DNA from: Oikopleura dioica
Lineage: Eukaryota > Animalia > Chordata
Assembly: GCA_907165135.1 (NCBI GenBank)
Contig: OU015567.1
Location: 11,222,001-11,286,000, forward strand
Length of the DNA stretch: 64,000 nucleotides
Direction of reading: 5' to 3'
The notes below the pieces were generated by a model. The model ran no database searches. It saw only the letters and a program-made list of their open reading frames with translations, and was not told the origin of the DNA. This document shows, piece after piece, positions 12,801 through 24,018 of this stretch (position 1 is its first letter; each line of letters opens with the position of its first letter). The translations under genes were made by a program, and so were the position numbers.

Positions 12801-14393
12801 AAAGTCGACACGGCTCGTCCATCTAATCATAAAACGTCTACCTCGCAAGCCTTGCAGTCTGAGAGCGACCAACGAAATAATTCAAGCAGCGGTTTATTGG
12901 AATCAGGACGAACTCTTAGCGATTGCGCTAATCGCGTGGTGAAATTCGCAAAAGAACCTCTACAATCGAAAAGCCACGTCGATGAATTTCGGGGAGGCCA
13001 GAACCAAACGCCGGAAAATGCTAGTCTAAAACGCAAGCGACAATCTGTTCAGAATTTTGAAAGGGAAGATAACCAGGTAAACAAAGCATAATTACCTTTT
13101 TATTTATTCAAATTAGGAATCCAAGAACAAGCATTTTCGATTGGAATCTTACCCGCCGATGGCCAAGTTGAGAGGAAAAAAGAAAAAAGGTCAGCTTCGC
13201 GATTTTGACAGACTTGTGGAGAATCTTGGGGATGCAGTTGCCGATGTCGATCCATCTATGTTGACGGACGCAGCATTCAAAAAATGGCCAGACAAGCCAC
13301 TCAAATTGAAAGATAAGTTGAGGCACGAGAGGGCAGAAGAAAAGGCGCTAGAAGGAATCCCAAAGGTGCCAGGGGATGGGTACGAAATGGATGCTACAAT
13401 CACGAAGGTAATGCCCTAAAAGTAACCGTTTCTTCCTTTCTTCTTAGTCGATGGTTGATAATGTGCAATCACACGAGCAAGCTGAAACTGCCTTCTCGCC
13501 GATCAGAACTCGTAGTCGAAGCAAAGAGGATAGGCAAAAATCCAAAAAGGTTACCATACAAAATACCATCAAACATTTACAAATTGTTTAGAACGATTCG
13601 ACAACGCCTACCAATGAATTGAGTACATCACCGACTCCCGGCGAGGACGGTCCACAAAGAAGGTCTGAGCGAAAAAAGAAAATTGTCAATTACAAAGATA
13701 CTTTTTCTCGACCCCAAACTAAAAAAATAAAAAAATAATGAGTCTTTGAATAAATTTGTCTCTTTAGAACATTCGCTTGTTAAATTTCTGGCTAGACAAA
13801 TGAAATCATTAGCAAATTTAAGTGAAACTACGGGTTATCCTCGGGATATGGAGATGTTCATTGAGGAACACTTATGTTGGAAACTGTTGGAAGGCAACAA
13901 AAGGTCATTCATCAAATTCATGAAGATCGAAAGCGTTCAAGAATGCGACATAGAGAGGAAAGGCTACTTCGGGGCATACGTAAAGATAAAAAATGACGAG
14001 AAACGCAGTGGAGGCGCGACAGAAACGATTTATGGAATTTTATTCTCAAAATCTCAAATGTTTGACGTAAAAGGAGCAACGGAAATATATACACCTTGTC
14101 ACGGTCAATATTTTTATTCCACTCTTGAAATTTTTATAAATTTCGCAGCGATGAATTTAAATGGTAATTTGAATATTGATCACCCAAAAAAAATAACAAA
14201 TTGTTCAGATATAATCTTCTTTGGAAAAACTGAACAAACCCATTACGCTGACATTGTCACTTGGGTCCAAGATTGCAAGGAAAAAAATAAACGCCCCAGA
14301 TCATACCCCCTACAAAGCTGGCCATTTCTTTCGAGCGCTCCTACGATGGACAACTTCTCGCTTGATACCGAAACTCCTGTCGACTACGTCTAA
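9841..14393 (+). CDS. Mutator-like (MULE) DDE transposase, multi-exon, with a long acidic linker and an uncharacterised C-terminal domain; one apparent frameshift near 10648
   Basis: MMLDGTF...QCITI...AIYLLSKKKLDYAAAF...QTDGEMSL (first and second Asp), ICQVHL (CxxH) and TNPSESLNNSL (Glu) follow the MULE consensus. An upstream Zn finger is present. GT-AG introns link the exons in frame through 12174-13091, 13141-13419 and 13746-14393. Confidence 0.8.
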
Positions 14394-14430
14394 AGAAAGA
14401 ATCTCGAGCTTTGAATTCATTCTTTTTAGA

Positions 14431-15444
14431 ATGTACAAAATTGTGTTCACAAAGGCGGAACTGATGAAATGCATAACCGATGCACTCGTGCCACTGCTTC
14501 CCTGGGCGATATTCGACCTTACGCCAGATGGGATAAGTGTACAATCAGTAGACGACTGCCAAAATGTTTTGGTGCAATTAGTCCTCCGCGCAGTAGGAAT
14601 GGAAGAATACTCAATTGACAAGCCATACGCTCTGGGCGGTAAGTTATAAAGTGGTTCATTGAATTAAAACTGTGTTCAGTTAAGGTAGATTTGATGGCAA
14701 AATATCTCAAAACCGCGTCGAACGACGATAAATTGACGATAACCGGAGACGATGAGAACGGAAAGATGGTGATGAAATTCAAATCACCGGTATGATAAAT
14801 TCAAAAAAGAAAAATATCTTTGAGCAATTCAGTACTCCCCGAATGTAACGAAGTATTCAATCAAGCTAATCGTCTTTGCAGCTGAAAGATGCAATATCTC
14901 CACGACTGAATATAGGTAATATGAATCAAGGTTAAAATGCTAATTATTTATAGCTCAAAAATCACAATGCCTTCATCTCTATTCGAACAGGCGATCAAGA
15001 CACTGTCTGGCGTCGGAGATGTGGCAAAAATGACCGTCACTCCCGGAAAAATTGTCTTCTCAGCAAAGGGCGACATCGGTGAGGTGGAGACAGAATTCGA
15101 TGAGAAAGAAAATAACGACCCCAAAAACAAGCTTTATACGATCGAAGCTCAGGGTCACATCGAATTAAACTACAGTAGCAAGTAAATGAACGTCCAAGAT
15201 CTAAACAAAAAAAAAAATTATAGATATCTCGAGATGATGTCCAGGGCCGCATCCTTGGCGGATCAGGTCATGATGCAACTCAAAGATGGCGTTCCTATGA
15301 CGATCACATATAACATGAAGGCCGGTTAAAATAATGCACCACTTTCTTAAATTCAAGCAAATAGTCACAAATTAATTTAACTTCATGAAGGAGCATGGGC
15401 ACGTGAGATTCTTCATTATGCAGAAGCATGAGTCTGAGGACTAG
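14431..15444 (+). CDS. PCNA: Divergent full-length PCNA paralog A (5 introns)
   Basis: MYKIVF...DGISVQSVDDCQNVLVQLVLRAVGMEEY...KITMPSSLF...GHVRFFIMQK aligns end to end with PCNA ([42 protein letters not shown]). Confidence 0.85.
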
Positions 15445-15465
15445 ATAAATAGGTAAGTAAAAAGG

Positions 15466-15480
15466 GCACGCTCCGCGTGC
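15466..15480 (-). promoter_or_regulatory. Dispersed hairpin motif, copy 4 (flipped orientation)
   Basis: GCACGCTCCGCGTGC on +, then 12 nt, then TACAGAAA; lies just after the PCNA-A stop. Confidence 0.85.
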
Positions 15481-15748
15481 ATGTATAACTATTACAGAAA
15501 GAATAGTTTCGTCATTTTTATAATGAGTTCTTAATCCGCAGAAACAAATTTGCATCCAGTTTTTTTTTAAGTAAAATTATTTAGCCGATCCACAGCTGCA
15601 ACAACATCTTTGCGTCTTGGCCCATCACTACTCTTCGAAAAATTTAATCGACTTGTCATCGCTTGTAGTTTATATTTTTCTTTTATCTGCTTGCTACTTT
15701 TGCCTGGAAAAATATTAAATCTTTTTTATCTCAATCGTGTATTTGAGA

Positions 15749-16731
15749 ATGCCCGAGTGCAAATTTCCATCCGCGAAGGAAATCAAGATCATTTTTGAAG
15801 TGATTGCTGCGATGAAGTCAGAGTTTTACCTGAATTTTTCAAAGGAGGGGCTTCTCATCGATGGAATGGATTCAACCGAGTCAATTCTTGTTAAGGTACC
15901 CTTTATTCTCGTGACTTAGAATCTCATATCTCTTTTCAGGCATTAATGAAAGAAGATGGATTTCTCCAGTTCAATCTTGGAGAAATAAACACGGTGGCAG
16001 GAGGTAATGTCAGAATTACTTACCAACTCTCATTTATTTTTAGTAAATGCAAAAGCGATGAACTCATTTCTGAAGACATTGTCGCGCGAGAATTCCCTTG
16101 AGTTCGACTGCCATGAATATGGAGATAAAATGTTCATCACGACGGTCAACAAGGTAACGAAGGGTAAAAGTGAAAAGATTACCTATTTTCTACAAGTATA
16201 ACGTCAAAACTAAATTCAAAATGAACCTCCTGGATCTAATCGATGAGTACAGATCCGTTCCGCATATTCAGTACAGGTAGTTAAGATATTTTGACAAGGT
16301 TTATAGAAGTTTTAGCTGCTCCGTCAGACTCTCGTCCCAGCGCTTTCAAAGGGATGTACGAGGCTTGTTGAATGTCAGCGATAGCGTCATCATCACCGTG
16401 TCTCAAGAAAAAGTTACTCTCGAAGCCGTTGGCGAAGAATCATCTGCTGATGTGGAATTACAGAGGAAAGAAACGCGAGCGTCCGATTATGATATGGTGA
16501 ATATTACGACGAATGAGATATTTACGGCGAAATATTCCCTAAGGTAAAATTTTCATGGTCCTATCGACATTAATGACAAATGATAGCTTGCTGTACAAGA
16601 TCACGAAAGCAACGCCCTTGAGCTCAATCATAACACTGAAATTCTGCAACAAATTTCTGCCAATGCTTGCCATTTATGAGATGGAACGAATTGGAAACAT
16701 AACCTTTCATGTTTCACCAAGATTAAAATAA
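15749..16731 (+). CDS. PCNA: Divergent full-length PCNA paralog B (5 introns)
   Basis: GLLIDGMDSTESILV, GVNAKAMNSFLK, FKMNLLDL, YSLRLLYKITKATPLSS and GNITFHVSPR match PCNA motifs in order. Confidence 0.85.
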
Positions 16732-16781
16732 AAAAAATGGAGACATGGTTGATCAGCTTGAATTAAAAGATATTTTTAAGA

Positions 16782-17795
16782 ATGAGTATCTCCAAGAGCC
16801 TGAAAAATCTTAAGGATTGCCTTGAGTGCCAAATATGTTTATCTGGGGAAAACACCCAGCGACAACATTACTGCCCCGGATGTTCAAAGTTACTCTGTCT
16901 ATCGTGCATGAAAGGAAGCGAGCGACAATAAAAAATTATAAAGCGGCGAATTTCGGTCAAAATTGAAAAGAAAATTCTCCTGCTAGAATGGTCTTCTGAA
17001 ACGCTTACCATTGATGGGCAAAATTTTGAAATAAGATGAAGTTGAATTTTTGAGGTCATATCACGGTCTGAATCCTCGCTAGGGTAAGCGTGGCTACTTC
17101 GAACCAAGTACACTTCGAACTAAATACACTTCGAGTAGAGTACACTTTGGTTTAAAATTTGACGATTTAAAAGATTTCAGGCTTAATTTTAAACTTGAAA
17201 CGTAAATTCCTAATTGAATAAACCTATTAAATATAATAAAAACAATGTCATCCGTACTAGAAGTCAGCAAGGGATCCAAATTACGACATAAAACAACTTG
17301 TCCCCATTGTGGCCAATCTTTCAAGACGGTAATTACCCCGCCACAAATGAATAATAATTTGCTTATAAGGAAGACTTTCGAGAAGTTTTCTGGGCGAGTG
17401 GAGCGCTAGAAGAACTATACAGTAAGTCAAGCTTTGTTTTATGTTAGTTTAACTGTTGAAAGATATAGAAGCGCAGTCGCAAGTGCAATTGAATCAAGGC
17501 AGCCAGAATGAAATAAATTCTGCAATCAAGGAGGAAAGGTTGTCGCTTGATGGAAATACCGACGTGTCGGGGCAGGAATTCATGGGACATGGAAGAGAAT
17601 CCGAGGCAGAGGCAGAAGAAAAAAACGTTCAACCAAGAAAAAAGAATCAAAAATGGTAATTTCAAGAAAAAAAAATAACTAATCCTGTTAAAATCAAGGG
17701 CCGCAACGCAAAATTTGACATCGGTGGCGTCCTTCTATCCATCATCCATTCACAAATCGAGAATGCCGAATGAGGATGGCACGTACGAAGAGTAA
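16782..17795 (+). CDS. RING-finger protein (TRIM37-like RING spacing) with acidic tail; internal splicing not fully resolved
   Basis: LECQICL...CPGCSKLLCLSCM...CPHC...REVFWA resembles TRIM37 CFIC...CPHCSKLCCFSCI...CPHC...NCRWA. Confidence 0.5.
17096..17145 (+). repeat. 16-bp tandem repeat array x~3, inside the RING gene
   Basis: ctacttcgaaccaagtacacttcgaactaaatacacttcgagtagagtacac. Confidence 0.85.
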
Positions 17796-17845
17796 TAAAG
17801 TAATTTCAACTTGAAATAATATCGCATCTTAATATAAAATTTCAG

Positions 17846-19895
17846 ATGGCGAAAATCAAGGAAGAGAAAAAATTAAAATTTAATCGCTGCTTGGTTTTAT
17901 GCGAACCCTGCTCACGAAGAATCTGTACATTTGACATAAAAATTCGTAAAATGACTGGCAGCTCACATAGACAACTTAAAAGAGTGAAACTGTTCTTTAT
18001 GGCGGCAGCACTTATTCCTGATTCGAGGGGATTTTGTGAAAAAGTAAACGAAAAGCTCCAGGGAAGCGAGACAATTAGAATAACATTCGGAAATGGATAC
18101 TTGGCAGTAAGAAGCAAAGCTGTCAATGAGAAACAACAATCAATTTTACTACATGGTCCTGAACTGAACGAATACTACAAGGAGACAAAACAAGCCATTG
18201 ATTTCTTAGGTGAAATATAATCTTGAATCGCATTTAAATAAGTTTAGTAAATTACGACCAATTCAAGAAAATGCTTGGACAAGTAGAGAAGATGGAAAAG
18301 ATTTACCTTGTTGTCGATATTGGTGAAGAACCAGATTTGAGAATAATCGGCGAGGAAAGCAAACGAATGAAACAATGCTTCATTGATGCAATTTCATGTA
18401 ATCCGCCACTCAATGCTGTGATAAGGGAGGAACTAGCAATCAAACGAAGAATAATAGTTGATTCGATTCGCAATTTGATCAGCGAGTTATGTCAGCAAGG
18501 TAATTTTTTCTTGAAAAAGAAGACATAAATAACGAGAATAAATAAAGAGGGAGGAGATATCGATAGACGGCCTTCAACAAGCTCTACACCAGCCACAGGC
18601 AACGATGATGCAGTCTTCAGAGTACCAGAAATTCCAAGGCCCGCAAAAGCCACGCTAAGAGAATATTATAGACGGCATTTTCCACGGAAACTTCTAAGCA
18701 GACTCTGTACGAGAAATAATGCCTTCGAGCTGCGATCACGAGATTTGAGGTACAACTAAATAGACCAGAAAAAATACCTATTCAAATTAAGCATCGTGAT
18801 CGATAACCTGTCAGAAAGAATACAAAGAAATGATGTTATTCTCGAATGGGCAGATTTTATGCAGTTCTTGACAAAAAACCGTACCAAACGAGTTGATATC
18901 GGAGGACTGTATGAGTCAAAAACAAGATGGCGGAATTTGGCAAAGGATGTCTTTCAGGGCAAAGAGGTAGCTTGAAACAACAACAGTTTAAGAAGGGACT
19001 TAAGCTCTGGCTCGATATTGATATCACCGACTACAAATACCGACATTGCTGCAAGACAGAGAGTCTATGCCGAAAGTGCTGGCGATTTCTAAAAATCGCC
19101 GCAAAGATAATAGAGACTGCGCTCAAGAAAGATATAGGCCTATCACGGGTTTTTTGGGGTAACTTTCATCCGAGAAAGAAAAAAATAACAATAAATAGTG
19201 TTCAGTGGCCGAAGAGGACTGCACGCCTGGTCGTTGGACCCAGTTTTCCTGCTCAACAGCGAAGAGAACAGACGTGCGATCTTGAACTACTTGAGCAAAA
19301 AAAACCTGAACTACAGGGGAAAAAAACTTTATCATACCTACTTGAACCGTGCATACGAAATCATTAGTAAGGAATGGATCCAAATACTGAGTGAACAGGG
19401 TACGCAGTTTGTTTGACGAGCAAAATTTAATTATTCAGAATTACTACAAACCGAAGAAAAAATAAACGACATTTTGGAATTCACAAAACTTCAGGAAGGA
19501 GAAAAAGAAGAAATCAAAAAAGAAATTTTACTAAAAAAGACAGTCGAAGAAAAATGGGGCGTTATCTACAATCGTCTGAAATCGGGAGACATCCGAGACG
19601 AGAACAGTGAAAGAATAATCAAATTTGCAATCGCCCTCCCGGAGTTCGATTCGCCAGTCACGCTACAAAACAGTCACTTGATCAGAATGCCATTTTCGGT
19701 ACATGAAAAAACTCAAAAGGTAAAGACATATCAAAAAAAAAAGCTAACATAATTTTAGTTGCCCTACCGATAGACGCACCGAACACAGAATGGGAAGACA
19801 TCAAAAATATCCCTAGGTTCTCAGAAATAAAAGCAAAACAAAAAATTTTCGACGAAAGCAAACTATACCTGACTACATTTCTTGACAAATACTAA
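17846..19895 (+). CDS. PRIM1: DNA primase catalytic subunit (PriS/PRIM1-like) with an in-frame N-terminal extension containing a PCNA-like domain
   Basis: YYRRHFP, RVDIGGLY, GKELWLDIDITDY (DxD), CCKTESLCRKCW, WVFSGRRGLHAW and HLIRMPFSVHEKT match PRIM1. The phase of the last intron near 19.73 kb is off by one base. Confidence 0.85.
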
Positions 19896-20727
19896 TCAAT
19901 ATTCAACGAAACAAGATCATCTTCAAACAATTAACTGACACTCATGCTTAAGAATGGAACTGCCTCAAGAACTGCGCGAATTGATGTCCGACCAGCGACA
20001 GTAAGAGTAACGAAAGATTAAGTAGAAGCGCTCATAAAATTAAGACGCACGGCAGATAATAGCTACAAGTTATTTCTGAAGCAGTTGGATCGAATCACGA
20101 CGAGTGAGGAACATGCATACCTTTATAATATGATGCTTCAGATCATGCAAACCATGTAAGAACAAGAAACAATAATAATTTACACTTACATTGTACGGTA
20201 AAATCGCTGGTCTATGACACTCATAGTCCACTCACGTGTCCAAAACAAGAATATTATCGCTTTTGCTCTCGCGGGCCACTTTCTCTTTCGAAGTGAAGCG
20301 GTAAGTTTTAAACAACCCCGTGGGCGCGTGCCTATGATCGTTGATTTTCCCGACTGTCCCAAACCAGAAGGATTTTTAGGTGTCCACCACCAGCGAATTT
20401 TACTGTAAGTTAATTAAGGATGGAATTAGAAGCATATATACTCGGACGAAAACTGCTGATTCGACTTCAATCTGAGACATTCAACGGAGCAGCAGAACTA
20501 CGATTAGGGCTTACTGCCGATGCAAAGAAAAATATCGAGCACGCAATAAAAAAGTAATTGTAAAAAAGAAATTCAAAAATAAATTTATCTAGGAAACTAG
20601 AAGAGATTGACAGCAAGCATTTCAAAAGAAGTCAATAGTAAACTTCAGAAAAAAAAAATAGATTCTGACGAGCAACTGACCCATTTATGAATATTATTGG
20701 AAAAAATCTAAAAAATAAAATTTCAGA

Positions 20728-22050
20728 ATGTCGGCGAAAATAAAACAAGGAATCATGCTTAAAAACTTCCTCAGGATTATGGCTCAACCAAATCATTCGA
20801 TGATATTTTCTTTCGAGGAAAAGGCCCTAGTTATCCAATCCTTCGACGAAAATATGTACCATTACAAGAAACTCGTAATCCCAGAGCAAAACATCGACCA
20901 ATATGTATACAAGCGGCGGATAATTGAAGGTAAGCAAATGATCGAAAAAAAAATGATAAAAATAGCTAGTTCACGAAATCGTCGAGCTTATCAATGCGCT
21001 GGAGAAATTGGCATCAAAGAAAAAAGAAACACACGTGTGGCTACAACTTCACGGAGAATTCGACACTGAACTAACTTTCACCGTGTTCGGAGATGATATT
21101 CATTACAAGCTGACGCTGAGAACAACTTTGAAACTCGAAAAGTGGAACGTGAACGTTGTTGAAAGAGAGGAGGATTGCAAAGTGCTTGTAGCACGAAAGC
21201 AATTTTTGCAAATTCTCGATTTGGCACAAGGTGAACAATAACTCAGTGTTTAGCCCAAAAAAAAAAAAAATAATACGAAATAGAATTAATTTATGGCACG
21301 CTCCGCGTGCATTAATATGACTGACAGAAAATTAAGCCGGGGACGTGATGAAAATCGAAGTAAGAGGACCACGAGACGTTCGCTTCTTCTCAAAGAATAT
21401 GGAAAAAACGATCGAAATCACTTTTCCAATCAAGGATAATAAACTTGTCGGAATCAGGGTCGAGAATGCAAAACCAATATCCAGCTTGTTCAATGCAAGG
21501 TAAGATACTCATCACTCCAATATACAGTTATTATACAATGAGAGTATCCTTAATATCTTTTTAAGTGCTTTACGAATGATGGCCAAAGACATGGACATAA
21601 TAAAATTTGTGACGTTCCGCATGTACGAAATGGGCGAGGCAGCAGTTGTCAATTTCACGACAGAAAAGTTCAATGTAAGAAAGTGCCATAGGAGCTCACA
21701 GCAGAATTGAATTAAGCTTCTTGTGTTGATGCCTTCAATTGCGCCTCCGGATGGTAATATGCCATTCGAAGAGTTTTACGACAAGTTGCGAATTTACGAA
21801 AACGATTCTAACGCTAAGCTTGTTAATCCCTCAATCGCCAGCGACGATAACAAGCAAGCATCCCCTTCGAACACAATCAAGAAAGAAGGTAAGATGATGA
21901 ATTTTAAGTACGACAAAGAACAGATTTATATAAATACTAGAAGTATCGTCAAAGAAAAGAAAAGCCACTCGTGAGCAGAACGTAGAAAATTTGGAGAAGC
22001 CCTCAAAAATAAAACAATCTAAAAAAGAAAACAGCAAACATCCTGCTTCG
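20728..22050 (+). CDS. Highly divergent sliding-clamp-like protein C (PCNA/9-1-1 fold) with C-terminal tail
   Basis: MSAKIKQGIMLKNFL...LVIQSFDENMYHYKKLVIPEQNIDQY resembles PCNA ARLVQGSILKKVL...[24 protein letters not shown]. Length and strand pattern fit; the tail is low-complexity. Confidence 0.6.
21296..21310 (-). promoter_or_regulatory. Dispersed hairpin motif, copy 5 (flipped), inside an intron of clamp C
   Basis: GCACGCTCCGCGTGC, then 12 nt, then GACAGAAAA. Confidence 0.85.
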
Positions 22051-22559
22051 TAAGAATTATTATCTGCGACTTTTAGTCGATCCCATTTTTTTTTTTCAAT
22101 AAGTGTACTTTTCGAGACAGCTTAGAAAGCGGCTTAGCCCAGAAACTGAATTCTAGTGACAACTGTTTTACTCAATTTTCTATTTGTAATGAACTCAGTT
22201 TTAACAGTGATTTCAATTTTCTCTGTCATAATCATACATGCTGCAATAAATGTATATAAGCCTCACCACTCCAGAATGGTGGAAGGGGGATGATGTTTGG
22301 TGGGAGACCCTATCAACAGAAGAAATGATTGAATTTCTCGCAAATGGTAAATAAAGGAGGGTTCTCAAAATAAAATAAAAAATCATAGACGGTCATGATC
22401 TATACGGCCCGGGTCCTGATGGTGAATATTGCGAAAACGAGGCAAATTGCCGAAGATTCGTAAAAGGATATGAATCAAAAAAACTGTGAATATATTTTCA
22501 TCGCCGACTGAATTTGTTCGGACGAATTAATAATTCTAAAGATAACAAAGTTTCAATTT

Positions 22560-23700
22560 CAGATGGGTAATTGTTTCCGCCGAACAAACAACCGAAGCAC
22601 AATCTCGTCAAGATGGGCGAGCACAAGCGACTTCGACTCGATCTCGGTTATCATGCGCCAGCGAATCGAGCAAGGACTCCCTGTCCCAGGTATGAATTCA
22701 GTAAAGTAACTCATTTGGTCCCATTGCTAATAAAAATTACTTACAATATTCTTAGCCCAATTTGCTCCGATAGATCCACAGCCAAACGATGAAGACATGC
22801 GAGAATCTGGCTATGTCTCGCGCTTGAGACGCGATTATTAGTTGATCTGCTCCAAAGATAATCCATTAGAAATAACAAAGACTTCTCAATTAATGCCGAT
22901 GTCAATAACAAAATTTTCAGTTTCCATTGCTTATCACCCTCCTGACAGAAAAAGAAAAGAATTATTCAACAAAAATGTAAAACTGACCAAAAATGGTGCG
23001 CTGCTCAAATTCTCTTGCGAACTCGAATTTCTATATCATGTCGACTGTAAAAGCACCAATAAAGCAAAATCATTAAATAAAGGCAGTTAAAATTGTAGAT
23101 TCGAAACTTGTCGATGGAGCGTGTAGAAAAAGCGAAGCAAGCTTACTACGGAGGTGAGATCGCCAAAGAAGAAAAGATATTGGCCGAGGCAATAGAAAAA
23201 TTCCAATCGCTTCTTGACGAAGGCAATCTTCAATCCGATGAAGAAAAAAAGAAGAACGGCGAATTGCTCAGTAATAAATAGCAACCGTAAATGTAATAAT
23301 GTAAATTAAGCGCGGTTAAAATATCAGCAACGGATGCAATCGAAGCAAGTGTTCAACAACGGAGAATTGCTGTACGCGTACACAGCAAGTATCCACAAGC
23401 AACCAAAAGAGTAAAAAATAAATAAACAAAAAAAGTACTAAACAAATGAAGGGTGGTGGAAATTCTCGTCTACGATGAAGGCCACCCCGTCCACGAGCTC
23501 ATAGTGGCATGGGAGAAGATCAGCGCAATGATCGACGAGGTGACCGCCGCGATCGACTCCCTTAAGAAGAAAGGACAGATGCCCCCCGAAGAAGGTAAAA
23601 ATGATTAACGAATAAATAACATTTTATTTCTTTGCCAGCGGAATCGATGAAACGGGACACTGATGATCAATGAGAACATCCAAGAGCGCCAAAAGAAGTA
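22560..23700 (+). CDS. Several short exons of unidentified protein(s)
   Basis: Open, charged segments flanked by GT/AG, e.g. MERVEKAKQAYYGGEIAKEEKIL and YDEGHPVHELIVAWEKISAMIDEV. Confidence 0.3.
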
Positions 23701-23869
23701 ACTGCAATCGGGTTATTCTTTAATTGCAAAAAAATAAACTGATTTGCATAGTGCGACATCGAAATACCCGTGAAAAAAAAGGAAAATCCTAAAGTTTACC
23801 AATTTCAGATTGAAAGCTGTCGTTTACTTTTCTATTAAACGTTCATAAAGCAGAACTTGGTGCACGATG

Positions 23870-23884
23870 GCACGCTCCGCGTGC
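23870..23884 (-). promoter_or_regulatory. Dispersed hairpin motif, copy 6 (flipped)
   Basis: GCACGCTCCGCGTGC, then 13 nt, then GACAGAAAA. Confidence 0.85.
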
Positions 23885-24018
23885 GAAAATAAGCAAAGAC
23901 AGAAAATGACCTGACACAGACGATTCGTTCGACTTCCTTGCAATTTATTTCTATATTGAACACACTGACAGCTTGAATCGCGCACCAAAAAATTGACTAG
24001 ACCCAGCTTATTTAGATA

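Noticed and set aside
15481-15497. Idea that the ACAG box after the hairpin is a splice acceptor
   Set aside because: In clamp C, using the gacAG at about 21327 gives an immediate in-frame TAA; the frame requires the later attaAG.
15466-15500. RSS-like reading of the motif (palindrome, 12-nt spacer, ACA(G/A)AAA)
   Set aside because: There is no CACAGTG heptamer, the spacer varies from 11 to 14 nt, no 23-nt partner exists, and the transposase is MULE rather than Transib/RAG.
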